Source: Malacoraja senta (lineage: Eukaryota). From it: a stretch of DNA of 64,000 nucleotides. The DNA lies in the NCBI GenBank assembly GCA_038087875.1, contig CM075997.1, forward strand, positions 5,272,001-5,336,000, read 5' to 3'. Made by a program: the position numbers and the translations under genes. The notes under the pieces are model-generated. The model was given only the letters and a program-made list of their open reading frames with translations. It searched no databases and had not been told where the DNA came from. Shown here piece after piece: positions 24,600 to 36,759 of this stretch (its first letter is position 1; the number at the start of each line of letters is the position of its first letter).

Positions 24600-26860
24600 G
24601 AAGTCATTTGGCCCATCAAGTCTACTCCAACATTCAATCATGGCTGATCTGTCTCTCCCTCTCAACCCCATTCTCCTGCCTTCTCCCCATACCCCCTGAC
24701 ACCCGTACTAATCAAGAATCTATCTGTCTCTGCCTTCAAGCTATACATTGACTGGCATCCGCAGCCTTCTGTGGCAATAAATTCTACAGATTCACCACCC
24801 TTTGACTGAAGAAATTCCTCCTCATCTCCTTCCTAAAGGAACGCCCTTTTATTCTGAGGCTGTGACCTCTGGTCCTAGACTCTCCCACTAGTGGAAACAT
24901 CCTCTCCACGCACACTCTATCCAAGCCTATCACCATTCTGTATGTTTCAATGAGGACCCCCCTCATCCTAAACTCCAGCGAGTGCAGGCCCAGAGCCGAC
25001 AAACGCTCATCATATGTTAACCCACACATTCCTGGGATCATTCTTGTAAACCTCATCATTCTTGTAAACCTCCTCTCCAGAGCCAGCACATCCTTCCTCA
25101 GAAATGGGGCCCAGAATTGCTCACAATATTCCAAGACGTTGTACTTGACATGGGTGAGATCACATTTGGAGGATTGTGTTCAGGTTTGGTTACCCTGCTG
25201 TTAAGCTGGAAATGGATCAGAGAAGATCTTTGATGATGTTGCCAGGACCAGAGGGTATGAGATTTCAAGAGAAGTTGGGCAGGCTAGGACTTTAATTCCT
25301 TGGAGCGCAAAAGAATGAGGGGCGATTTTATAGACTTGTGTACGATAATAAGGGGAATAGATCGGGTGATTGCACTAGTATTAGGGAAATCAAAAACCAG
25401 AGACATTAAGGTGAGAGGGAAAAGATTTAACAGGAACTTGAGGGGAAACTTTTTTACCCAGAGGATGGTTGGTATATGGAACGAGCTGCCAGAGGAGGTA
25501 GTTGAGGCAGGTACTGTAACAAAATGTAAAAGACATTTGGGCAGGTACATGGATAGGAGACGTTTAGAGGGATATGGGCCAAACGCGGGCAGTGGGACTA
25601 GTGTAGTTGGGGCATGGGAAAGTTGGGCCGAAGGGCCTGTTTTCTTGCTGTATGACGATGACTAAATGTTTGAATTTTATGGGAATGGGAATGCAGCGCC
25701 ACCCAGTGGCTTCTCTGCTCAATTACAAGGGAATGTGAAGTAGATTTATTTACCTATGAATATATAATTTATGAACATCTGACACAAGACACAATTTTTA
25801 AATGTACCAACACAAACATAAACATAAGAAATGTCAGTTTACATTGCTTAATTGAATGATAGAGTATGGAAACAGGCCCTTCAGCCCACTGAGTCCATGC
25901 TGACCCGCTCACACTAGTTCTATGTTATTCCACTTTCTCATCCACTCCCTACACACTAGGGGCACTTTTACAGAGGGCCAATTAACCTAAAAGCCTGCAA
26001 GTCTTTAGTTGTGGGAGGAAACCTGAGCACCCAGAGGAAACCCACACTGCCACAGGGAGAACGTGCAAACTCCACGCAGACAGCACCCGAGGTCAGGATC
26101 GAACTTGGATCTCTGGCGCTGTGAGGAAGCAACTCTTCCAGCTGTGCCTGTGCTGCTGTTTGGAAAGGTTATAAACCACACCTGGTGTACAACTATTATG
26201 GAGGTTGTGGGGCGAAGGCAGGAGAATGGGGTTGAGATGAAAAGATAGATCGATTGAATGGCGGAGCAAACGTCACAAGTTCTAGGAGTAGAATTAGGTC
26301 TACCATCAAGTCTACTCCGCCATTTAATCACGGCTGATCTCTGCCTCCTAATCCCATTTTCCTGCCTTCTCTCCATAACCCGTGACACCCGTTCTAATCA
26401 AGAATTGGCCAACTCTGCCTTAAATATGTCCACTGACTTGGCCTCCACCGCCCTCTGTGGCAATGAGTTCCACAGATTAACCACCCTCTGACTAAAGAAG
26501 TTCCTCCTCACCTCCTTTCTAAAAGAGTGCCCTTTAATTCTGAGACTGTGACCTCTGGTCCTAGACTCCCCCACCAGTGGAAACATCCTCTCCACATCCA
26601 CTCTATCCAAGCCTTTCACTATTTGGTAAGTTTCAATGAGGTTCCCCCTCATCCTTCTAAACTCCAGCGAGTACAGGGACAGGGCTGTCAAACACTCATC
26701 ATAGGTTAACCCACTCATTCCTGGGCTTGTTCTTGTAAACCTCCTCTGGACCCTCTCCACAGCCAGCACATCCTTCCTCAGATATGGGGCCTAATTTTGC
26801 TCACAAAATCCCAAATGTGGCCTGAGCAGCGCCTTATAGAGCCTCAGCATTACGTCCCTG
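24600..26860. mobile_element. CR1 3' fragments (24600-25135 -, 25135-25640 +, 26270-26860 -) with a V-SINE at ~25860-26150 (-)
   Basis: CR1 C-terminal motifs in ORFs 24784-25134, 25300-25665 and 26398-26769. Confidence 0.85.
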
Positions 26861-27113
26861 TGTTGCCTGAATGGCCTGATTCTGCTCCTAAAACTTATGA
26901 ACTTAGGAAATCGCACAAAGTTCTGGAGTAACTCAGCACCTCAGGCAGCGTCTCTGGTGGACATGGATAGGTGGTGCCCAGAAACACTGCCTGAGCCGCT
27001 GAGTTACTCCAGCACATTGTGTTTTATTTTTGTAAACCGTCATCTGCAGTTCCTTGTATGTTGATTTATAAATTATATACTGTTTTCAGCTTTTAATAAT
27101 TTCCTATTATTTT

Positions 27114-27254
27114 CTTCTTCTTCTTGCGTATGGCGTGCACAGCCTAAAGTTGTAGGACAACTTGTTCTATTGGATCTTATTTGATGGTGTACGCCAGGTT
27201 GATTGCATTCATCGAAACAGGGCGGACCACGTGAAGGTTGCAATCTTCCACCCC
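27114..27254 (-). mobile_element. ~140-bp (GAA)n-tailed retroposon (Vingi-like non-autonomous), copy A
   Basis: 12-bp TSD tcctattatttt (27102-27113 / 27255-27266); tail gccatacgcaa(gaa)n. Confidence 0.85.
27201..27254 (-). ncRNA. Minimal HDV-like ribozyme, catalytic C mutated to U
   Basis: GGGGUGG/CCGCCCU P1, GAUUGCA/UGCAAUC P2, ACC/GGU P3, L3 UUCACGU; J4/2 reads UGAA instead of CGAA. Confidence 0.7.
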
Positions 27255-30200
27255 TCCTATTATTTTGATTTTAAGCCACAGCCATAAGGTCCTGAAATGC
27301 GGCCTGCTATCACCCCGACCAGACTCAGCTGAATAACATTAGGTGTCGGAAGGAACTGCAGATGCTGGTTTAAACTGAAGACAGACACGAAATGCTGGAG
27401 TTACTCAGCGGGACAGGCAGCATCTCTGGAGAGAAGGAATGGGTGACGTTTTGGGTCGAGACACGTTATCAGACATCTCGACCCGAAATGTCACCCATCC
27501 CTTCTCTCCAGAACTGCTGCCTGTCCCGCTGAGTTACTCCAGAATTTTGTGTGTGTCTTGAAAATAAAATTAGGCACTGACAATGGATTGTGCGTAAGGA
27601 AAGTGCACTTAGTGGTGGATTTCCAGAAGGGAATTTTCTCATTTTTGAAGCCCTCTTCCCTAGTAGGTTTGGCAACCTTTGAGAGCATCTTATAGAAACA
27701 TATAAAATTCTTGAAGGATTGAACAGGCGAGATGCAGGAAAAATGTTACCGATGTTGGGGGAGTCCGGGACCAGGGATCACAGTTTAAGAATAAGGGGGA
27801 AGGTAGACAAAAATGCTGGACAAACCTCAGCGCGTGAGGCAGCATCTATGGAGCGAAGGAATAGGTGACCTTTCAGGTTGAGACCCTTCTTCAGATTGAT
27901 GTGGGGGTGGGGGGGGGGGAGAAGAAAGGAAGAGGCGGAGACTGTGGGCTGTGGGAGAGCTGGGAAGGGGAGGGGATGGGGGGAGAAAGCAAGGACTACC
28001 TGAAATTTGATACTGGGGGAAATAAGGGGTAGGCCATTTAGGATTTAGATGAGGAAAAACGTTTTCACCCAGAGAGTTGTGAATCTGTGGAATACTCGGC
28101 CACAGAAGGCAGTGGAGGCCAATTCACTGGATGTTTTCAAGAGAGAGTTAGATATAGCTAGGTGTAGCTCTTAGGAATCAAGGGATATGGGGAGAAAGTA
28201 GGAAAGTAGGTACTGAATTAGGATGATCAGCCATGATCATATTGAATGGCAGTGCTGGCTCAAAGGGCCGAATGGCCTGCACCTATTTTTCTATGTTTCT
28301 AACCTCTGTGGGCAAACACTATTGTCGATAGTCTATCAGGGATGAACTTTCCCGGAAAGATAAGCAGTCTGAAAGGGAAACACAAAGTGCTGGAGTAACT
28401 CAGCAGGTCAGGCAGCATCTCTGGAGAAAATGGGTCGGTGACATTTCGGGTTGGGCCCCTTCTTCAGACCCAAAACATCACCCATCCTTTTTCTCCAGAG
28501 ATGCTGCCGGTCCCGCTGAGTTACTCCAGCATTTTGCGTCTGTCTTTGGTATAAACCAGCATCTGCCGTTCCCTTTTGTCACAGCAGGCCAGGATTGTAA
28601 TCATGTATTGTCTTTCCGCTGACTGGTTAGCATGCAACAAGAGCTTTGCACTGTACCTCGGTACACGTGACAATGAACTAAACCGAAACTGAGGTGATCT
28701 GGGTGGAATTATCAAGAGCACTTCTGAGATGCGTGCAGGGGCCAGAGGGTGCGGAAAGGTGGGTGTTGGTGTTGGTGGAGGTGTCCAAGAATTTCTGTTA
28801 TGGGACAGATTTGGTTGCTTTGTTACAATATAATAAAAGTAATCAAAACCCGCAGGCATGTAGTGATTTCAGAAACTTGATGCATCCAAACGTGTGTTTG
28901 GACTGGGATCACATCAGAGACATGGGAATCATTTGGCACCGGAGGATGGGTGAGATATTCATTAGGGGATCAATATTTAGCCTTGCATTCTTTAGACTTT
29001 AGCCATACAGCGCGGAAACATGCCCTTCGGCCCGCCGAGTCCGTGCTGACCTGCGACCACCCCGTACACCAGCACTATCCTACACACTGGGGACAATTTA
29101 CAATTTTACTGAATTCCATAAACCTACAAACCTGCTGGAGTTTAGTTGTTTAGTTTACTTTAGAGACACAGCGCGGAAACAGGCCCTTCGGCCCATCGTG
29201 TCCGCACCGACCAGCGATCCCCGCACACTAACACACGCCTAGTGCATTTATACCAAGCCAATTGTCCGGGGAGAACGTACTTTAATCCAGATGAAAGCAT
29301 CCTGATGCAAAATGTTCACAAGTTATAGGAGTAGAATTAGTCCATTCGGCCCATCGAGTCTACTCTGCCATTCAATCATAGTTCATCATGACCATGAAAA
29401 GACGTGCCTCCAATGGTCGGGACATTGAGTGTAAGAAGCAGGAAGCCATGCTGCAGCTGTACAGGACTTTGGTCGGACTACATTTGGAGTATTGCGTGCA
29501 GTTCTGATTGCCCCATTACATGAAAGGTTTGGCGGCTTTGGAGAGGGTGCAGAGGAGGTTTACCAGAATGAATTAGTGGGTTTTAGTTACAGGGAAAGGT
29601 TGGACAGACTTTGATTGTTTTCCCTGGAGCCCCAGATGTTGACGGGAGACCTGATAGAAGTTTATAAAATGACGAGAGGCATAGACAGGGTAGACAGTCA
29701 GAACCTTTTTCCCAGGATGGAAATATCAAAGACTAGAGAGTCAGCCCACTGTGTCCTCACCGACCAGCCATCCCCGCACACTAACACAACCCTACACACA
29801 CTCGGGGCAATTTTACATTGATACCAAGCCAATTATCCAACAAACCTCTACCTCTTTGGAGTGCGGGAGGAAACCGGAGCACCCGGGAAAAATCCCACGC
29901 AATCACGGGGAAAGCGTACAAACACCATACAGACAGCACCCATAGTCAGGATGGAACCCGGGTCTCCGGTGCTGTGAGGCAGCAACTCTACCGCTGCACC
30001 ACCGTGCCGCCCCACTTTAGACTTGCATTCTCAAAGCTGTGGAATTTCTCAACTCTTTCACTCTTTAGAATTTTACAGATTTTTGATATCTCGCTGCTTT
30101 AATGGGAAATATCCCAGTGTTTATGTGAAGTGGAGCCACAATGATGGCTGGTCGGTGAGGACATCAAAGAGAAGCTCATGGAAATTCTGAATATTTAAAA

Positions 30201-30758
30201 TTAATCTCTTAGAATTAATTTGTAGCCCTAAAATGTCTGGACTTAGATCATCATTTCTATTTCTGGTCCTCCATGGTTACCCATGTTCACAAGCTTGCAA
30301 AATAAGTACAATGAATTAAATGACGGTTTACTAATAATGTAGTCTTGTTTTGTATCTCCGTATATCAAGTTTGTCTTTCTGCCGTAATGTAAGATGTTGG
30401 GCAGCATGGTGGCGCAGTGGTAGAGTTGCTGCCTTACAGCGCTTGCAGCTCCGGAGACCCGGGTTCGATCCTGACTACGGGAGCTGTCTGTATGGAGTTT
30501 GTACGTTCTCCTCGTGACCGCGTGGGTTTTCTCCAAGGTCATCGGTTTCCTCCCACACTCCAAAGACGTACAGGTATGTAGGTTAATTGGCTTGGTGTAA
30601 GTGTAAATTGTCCCTAGTGTGTGTAGGACAGTGTTCATGTGCGGGGATCGCTGGTTGGTGCAGACTCGGTGGGCCAAAGGGCCTGTTTCTGCTCTGTATC
30701 TCTAAACTAAACTAAATGTAGCTGTATACATCATTAATCCAGATGAAATCATCCCGAT

Positions 30759-30892
30759 CTTCTTCTTCTTGCGTATGGCGTGCACAGCCTAAAGTAGTAG
30801 GTCAACTTGGTCTATTTGATCGATTTGTTTGTGCACGTCAGGTTGATAGTGGAAACAGGGTGGACCATGTGGAGGTTGAAATCTCCCACCCC
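30759..30892 (-). mobile_element. ~140-bp (GAA)n retroposon, copy B (small deletion in ribozyme 3' part)
   Basis: Imperfect 11-bp TSD; empty site agcatcctgat at 29296-29306. Confidence 0.85.
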
Positions 30893-31335
30893 AGCATCAT
30901 GATGCAAAATGTTCACAAGTTATAGGAGTAGAATTAGTCCATTCGGCCCATCGAGTCTACTCTGTCATTCAATCATAGTTCATCATGACCATGAAAAGAC
31001 GTGCCTCCAATGGTCGGGACATTGAGTGTAAGAAGCAGGAAGTCATGCTGCAGCTGTACAGGACTTTGGTCGGACCACATTTGGAGTATTGCGTGCAGTT
31101 CTGATCGCCCCATTACAGGAAAGGTTTGGCGGCTTTGGAGAGGGTGCAGAGGAGGTTTACCAGAATGAATTAGTGGGTTTTAGTTACAGGGAAAGGTTGG
31201 ACAGACTTTGATTGTTTTCCCTGGACCCCCAGATGTTGAGGGGAGACCTGATAGAAGTTTATAAAATGACGAGAGGCATAGACAGGGTAGACAGTCAGAA
31301 CCTTTTTCCCAGGATGGAAATATCAAAGACTAGAG

Positions 31336-32343
31336 GGATCTGTGTTGGGTCCACTGTTGTTTGTCATGTACATCAATGATCTGGATGATGGTGTGGTAAA
31401 TTGGATTAGTAAGTATGCAGATGATACTAAGATAGGTGGTGCTGTGGATAATGAAGTAGATTTTCAAAGTCTACAGAGAGATTTATGCCGGTTGGAAGAG
31501 TGGGCTGAAAGATGGCAGATGGAATTTAATGCTGATAAGTGTGAGGTGCTACATCTTGGCAGGACAAATCAAAATAGGACGTACATGGTAAATGGTAGGG
31601 AATTGAAGAATGCAGGTGAACAGAGGGATCTTGGAATAACTGTGCACAGTTCCCTGAAAGTGGAATCTCATGTAGATAGGGTGGTAAAGAAAGCTTTTGG
31701 TGTGCTGGCTTTTATAAATCAGAGCATTGAGTATAGAAGTTGGGATGTAATGTTAAAATTGTACAAGGCATTGGTGAGGCCAATTCTGGAGTATGGTGTA
31801 CAATTTTGGTCGCCTAATTATAGGAAGGATGTCAACAAAATAGAGCGAGTACAGAGGAGATTTACTAGAATGTTGCCTGGGTTTCAGCAACTAAGTTACA
31901 GAGAAAGGTTGAACAAGTTAGGGCTTTATTCTTTGGAGCGCAGAAGGTTAAGGGGGGACTTGATAGAGGTCTTTAAAATGATGAGAGGGATAGACAGAGT
32001 TGACGTGGATAAGCTTTTCCCATTGAGAGTAGGGAAGATTCAAACAAGGGGACATGACTTGAGAATTAAGGGACAGAAGTTTAGGGGGAACATGAGGGGG
32101 AACTTCTTTACTCAGAGAGTGGTGGCTGTGTGGAATGAGCTTCCAGTGAAGGTGGTGGAGGCAGGTTCGTTTTTATCATTTAAAAATAAATTGGATAGTT
32201 ATATGGACGGGAAAGGAATGGAGGGTTATGGTCTGAGCGCAGGTATATGGGACTAGGGGAGAATACGTGTTCGGCACGGACTAGAAGGGTCGAGATGGCC
32301 TGTTTCCGTGCTGTAATTGTTATATGGTTATATGGTTATATGG
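31336..32343 (+). mobile_element. Young 5'-truncated CR1 insertion with uninterrupted 304-aa ORF2 C-terminus
   Basis: LGPLLFVMYINDL..YADD..; (TTATATGG)n tail; TSD tagag; absent from the paralogous site at ~29733. Confidence 0.95.
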
Positions 32344-33369
32344 TAGAGAGTCAGCCCACTGTGTCCTCACCGACCAGCCATCCCCGCACACTAACACAAC
32401 CCTATGCACACTCAGGGCAATTTTACATTGATACCAAGCCAATTATCCAACAAACCTCTACCTCTTTGGAGTGCGGGAGGAAACCGGAGCACCCGGGAAA
32501 AATCCCACGCAATCACGGGGAAAGGCTACAAACACCATACAGACAGCACCCATGGTCAGGATGGAACCCGGGTCTCCGGTGCTGTGAGGCAGCAACTCTA
32601 CCGCTGCACCACCGTGCCGCCCCACTTTAGACTTGCATTCTCAAAGCTGTGGAATTTCTCAACTCTTTCACTCTTTAGAATTTTACAGATTTTTGATATC
32701 TCGCTGCTTTAATGGGAAATATCCCAGTGTTTATGTGAAGTGGAGCCACAATGATGGCTGGTTGGTGAGGACATCAAAGAGAAGCTCATGGAAATTCTGA
32801 ATATTTAAAATTAATCTCTTAGAATTAATTTGTAGCCCTAAAATGTCTGGACTTAGATCATCATTTCTATTTCTGGTCCTCCATGGTTACCCATGCTCAC
32901 AAGCTTGCAAAATAAGTACAATGAATTAAATGACGGTTTTCTAATAATGTAGTCTTGTTTTGTATCTCCGTATATCAAGTTTGTCTTTCTGCCGTAATGT
33001 AAGATGTTGGGCAGCATGGTGGCGCAGTGGTAGAGTTGCTGCCTTACAGCGCTTGCAGCTCCGGAGACCCGGGTTCGATCCTGACTACGGGAGCTGTCTG
33101 TATGGAGTTTGTACGTTCTCCCCGTGACCGCGTGGATTTTCTCCAAGGTCATCGGTTTCCTCCCACACTCCAAAGACGTACAGGTATGTAGGTTAATTGG
33201 GCTTGGTGTAAGTGTAAATTGTCCCTAGTGTGTGTAGGATAGTGTTCATGTGCGGGGATCGCTGGTTGGTGCAGACTCGGTGGGCCAAAGGGCCTGTTTC
33301 TGCTCTGTATCTCCAAACTAAACTAAATGTAGCTGTATACATCATTAATCCAGATGAAATCATCCCGAT

Positions 33370-33503
33370 CTTCTTCTTCTTGCGTATGGCGTGCACAGCC
33401 TAAAGTAGTAGGTCAACTTGGTCTATTTGATCGATTTGTTTGTGCACGTCAGGTTGATAGTGGAAACAGGGTGGACCATGTGGAGGTTGAAATCTCCCAC
33501 CCC
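33370..33503 (-). mobile_element. ~140-bp (GAA)n retroposon, copy C (duplicate of B)
   Basis: Same deletion and same flanks as copy B. Confidence 0.85.
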
Positions 33504-33614
33504 AGCATCCTGATGCAAAATGTTCACAAGTTATAGGAGTAGAATTAGTCCATTCGGCCCATCGAGTCTACTCTGTCATTCAATCATAGTTCATCATGAC
33601 CATGAAAAGACGTG

Positions 33615-33814
33615 NNNNNNNNNNNNNNNNNNNNNNNNNNNNNNNNNNNNNNNNNNNNNNNNNNNNNNNNNNNNNNNNNNNNNNNNNNNNNNNNNNNNNN
33701 NNNNNNNNNNNNNNNNNNNNNNNNNNNNNNNNNNNNNNNNNNNNNNNNNNNNNNNNNNNNNNNNNNNNNNNNNNNNNNNNNNNNNNNNNNNNNNNNNNNN
33801 NNNNNNNNNNNNNN
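33615..33814. other. Assembly gap (200 N)
   Basis: Run of N. Confidence 1.
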
Positions 33815-34839
33815 AAACGAAATATCGTTTCTGCAGCCATACATTACAAAACGAAGAAGACCCGAGACACAACACAATTCATACATACATCCATCACAGC
33901 GCTGTGATGGAAGGCAAAAAAAACTTATCTCTCCACTGCACTCCGCCCCCCCATGTCAGAGTCAAAGTCAAAGCCCCCGGCGGGCAATGGTGATTATCCC
34001 GCGGCCAATAAAGCCACGCCAGTTAATGCAAGGTCGCGCACCGGGTCTTGGTGTTAGAGCCCCGGCGCGCGCTCGCAAAGGACCGCGGGGCGACGATGTA
34101 AAACCCCGCTCCAGCTGCTCTTCAACCCCGCAACTCGGGCGGGAGAAGTCGCCGCTGCGGAAGCCCCGAAAAGCGGTCTCCCCCCAGTTCTGCAGTTCTG
34201 TTCTGATCGCCCCCATTACAGGAAAGGTTTGGCGGCTTTGGAGAGGGTGCAGAGGAGGTTTACCAGAATGACTTAGTGGGTTTTAGTTACAGAGAGAGTT
34301 GGACAGACTTGAATTGTTTTCCCTGGAACACCGGATGTTGAGGGGAGACCTGATAGAAGTTTATAAAATGGCGAGAGGCATAGACAGGGTAGACAGTCAG
34401 AACCTTTATCCCAGGATGGAAATATCAAAGACTAGAGAACATAACTTTAAGGTGAGAGGGGCAACATTTAAAGGAGATGTTCGGGGCAAGTTTTTTTACA
34501 CAGAGGGTGGTGGGTGCCTGGAACACGCTGCCCAAGGGTGGTGGTGGAAGCAGATACGATAGTGCCATGCACCTTTGGATATGCAAGGAATTGAGAGATA
34601 TGGACCATGTGCAGGCCGGTAAGAGTTCGTCTTGGCTTTATGTTCAGCACGGACATTGCGGGCTGAAGGGCCTGTGCTGTACTGTTGTATGTTGTATGTT
34701 CTATGTATGCCCTCCACAGATGCTGCCTGGCAAGTGGGTTCCCCCAGCAGTTTGTCTTTTTCTCCAGAAACCAACATCTGCAAACTCCCACGTCTGTGTA
34801 TAAAGAGCATGGTCTACTGTTCTGTTCATCACTTTGTAG

Positions 34840-34893
34840 AGGCTGGGAGATTGCAACCTTCACGTGGTCCACCCTGTTTCGACGAATGCAATC
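34840..34893 (+). ncRNA. Minimal HDV-like ribozyme, catalytic C retained (34883)
   Basis: P1 AGGCUGG/CCACCCU (one mismatch), P2 GAUUGCA/UGCAAUC, P3 ACC/GGU, vestigial P4 with UUCG loop, J4/2 CGAA. Confidence 0.72.
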
Positions 34894-34977
34894 AACCTGT
34901 TGTGCACAATCAAATAAGATCAAATAGAACAAGTTGTCCTACAACTTTAGGCTGTGCACGCTGTACGCGAGAAGATG
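34840..34977 (+). mobile_element. ~140-bp (GAA)n retroposon, copy D
   Basis: 12-bp TSD atcactttgtag (34828-34839 / 34978-34989). Confidence 0.85.
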
Positions 34978-35929
34978 ATCACTTTGTAGGAAGGATGGGG
35001 AGACATTGGAGAGCGTGTCAAATACGTTCCCCGTGAATTTCCTGCATTAGAATTAGCTCGAAGGAGAGATTGGACGAACCTGAGGAAATGGTAATACATG
35101 TGTTGGAAGGAACTGCAGATAGGCACAAAATGCTGGAGTAACTCAGCGGGACAGGCAGCATCTCTGGGTAGAAGTAATGGGTGATGTTTGGGCTCGAGAC
35201 CCTTCTGAGAGACAGAGGAGAGGGGAACTAGAGATATGGAAGGGTAAGGTGTGAAAACTAGAGATCAAAGGGGATGATGTTCAAGAAAAATGTAGAATGG
35301 CTCATTGTTAGCCAAAAGGTGACAACTAGGCATGCAATGTAAAATTGAGGCTGCCCCTCACATTCCTATTAAATCGTTTCCCCTTCACCTTGAACCTATG
35401 GTCCTCGATTCCCTTACTCTGGGCAAGAGAGTCCGTGCATCCACCCAATCTATTCATCTCATGACTTTAAATAAAAATCTGGAGAGACTAGACAGTCTGG
35501 GTTTGTTTTCCATGAAGTGGCCAAAACCCAGTGGAATCTGAGAGAGGCATTCAAAGCTACGAGGGCCTCACATAAGATGGATGGTGAGAAATATTTCCTC
35601 ATAATGGAGGCATCTGGTGTGAATTGTAGCCCGCGGTGTGAATTGTGGCTCAGTATCGAACACACATGCGTTCTCAATCAGAAGGGTGTCAGTTCAAGTC
35701 TCATTCCGCTGAAGTTGATGAGAAGTTGGATCAAACTTCCAGTAGTGTTTTGAAAGCAAAATCGTATGGGGTTTAATGCAAATAAGTGTAAAGTCTTGCA
35801 CTTTAGCAGATCAAATATAGATGGTAAGGATAGAGTTAATAGCAAGACCCTTTATTTTTGATGTACAGAAGAATATTGCAGGACATATCTCCCTGATAGT
35901 CACAACACGTTGATAGAGTTTCGATTTTT

Positions 35930-36233
35930 AGTTTAGTTTAGAGATACAGCGCGGAAACACGCCCTTCGGCCCACTGAGACCGCACCGACCAGCGATCCCC
36001 GAACACTAACAATACCCTACACACGCTATGGACAATTTACATTTATACCAAGCCAATTAACCTACAAGCCTGCACGTCTTTGGAGTGTCGGAGGAAACTG
36101 AAGATCTTGGAGAAAACCCACGCAGGTCAAGGGGAGAATGTACAAACTCCATACAGACAGCACCCGTGGTCAGGATCGAACCCGGGTACCTGGCGCTGTG
36201 AGGCAGCAACTCTACCGCTGCGCCACCGTGCCG
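35930..36233 (-). mobile_element. V-SINE (HE1-like), full length
   Basis: Complete head, core and tail. Confidence 0.9.
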
Positions 36234-36253
36234 CCACTGTACCAGAGTGGTAA

Positions 36254-36759
36254 AGGGTCTGTCCCACTTGGGCAACCTAATTGGTGAGTTTAGAAGAGTT
36301 TGAAAAAACAACATGTTGAAGACCTCCTTCGAGTATGTTGAAGACCAGCTTTGACTAGCTGCGACTAACCGGGAAAATTGGACCGAATAGTGGAGAGTGA
36401 AGACGACCTCCTTCGATCTCCTTTGACCTCCCTTCGACTATGATGAAGACTATCTATGACTACCTTCGACTACCCTCGATCACCTACGACTAACATGCCG
36501 ACCTACTACGAGTAAACCTACGAGTATAAAAAGTATCGATTTTTTCCATGGCGACCTTTTTTTACTCGCGGGCATTTTTTAACATATTGGAAAAAACGCC
36601 GCGACCTAGCTGAGGCCTCGAGTACACGGAGACCACTCTCGAGCATGAAGGAGAGTTACGAAGACCTCTTACGACCTCGTGTCGACCATGCTGCGAGTAT
36701 GAGTCAAGGGCAAATTCGCCAGAACTCGCGGATTAGGTCGCCCAAGTGGGACAGGCCCT
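36254..36759. mobile_element. PIF/Harbinger-type MITE (~506 bp)
   Basis: TIR agggtctgtcccacttgggcaacctaat / attaggtcgcccaagtgggacaggccct; TSD TAA; interrupts a CR1 remnant. Confidence 0.88.

Larger units (their letters stand above)
29283..34440 (+). repeat. Tandem segmental duplication, about 3 units (starts ~29283, ~30735, ~33346), spanning the gap
   Basis: Near-identical CR1+SINE+unique+SINE blocks, e.g. 30012-30400 vs 32622-33010. Confidence 0.9.

Noticed and set aside
28871..30154. Plus-strand exon pair (KLDASKR.. / FLISRCFNGKY..)
   Set aside because: No recognisable homology; the second lies in a tandem duplicate; splice-like signals of this quality arise by chance.
33520..34271. ORFs containing X runs
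   Set aside because: Artefacts of the 200-N gap.
36310..36520. CRISPR-like or regular array in MITE interior (gacctccttcga / cgacta motifs)
   Set aside because: Irregular degenerate short repeats with no spacer structure, in a eukaryotic transposon.
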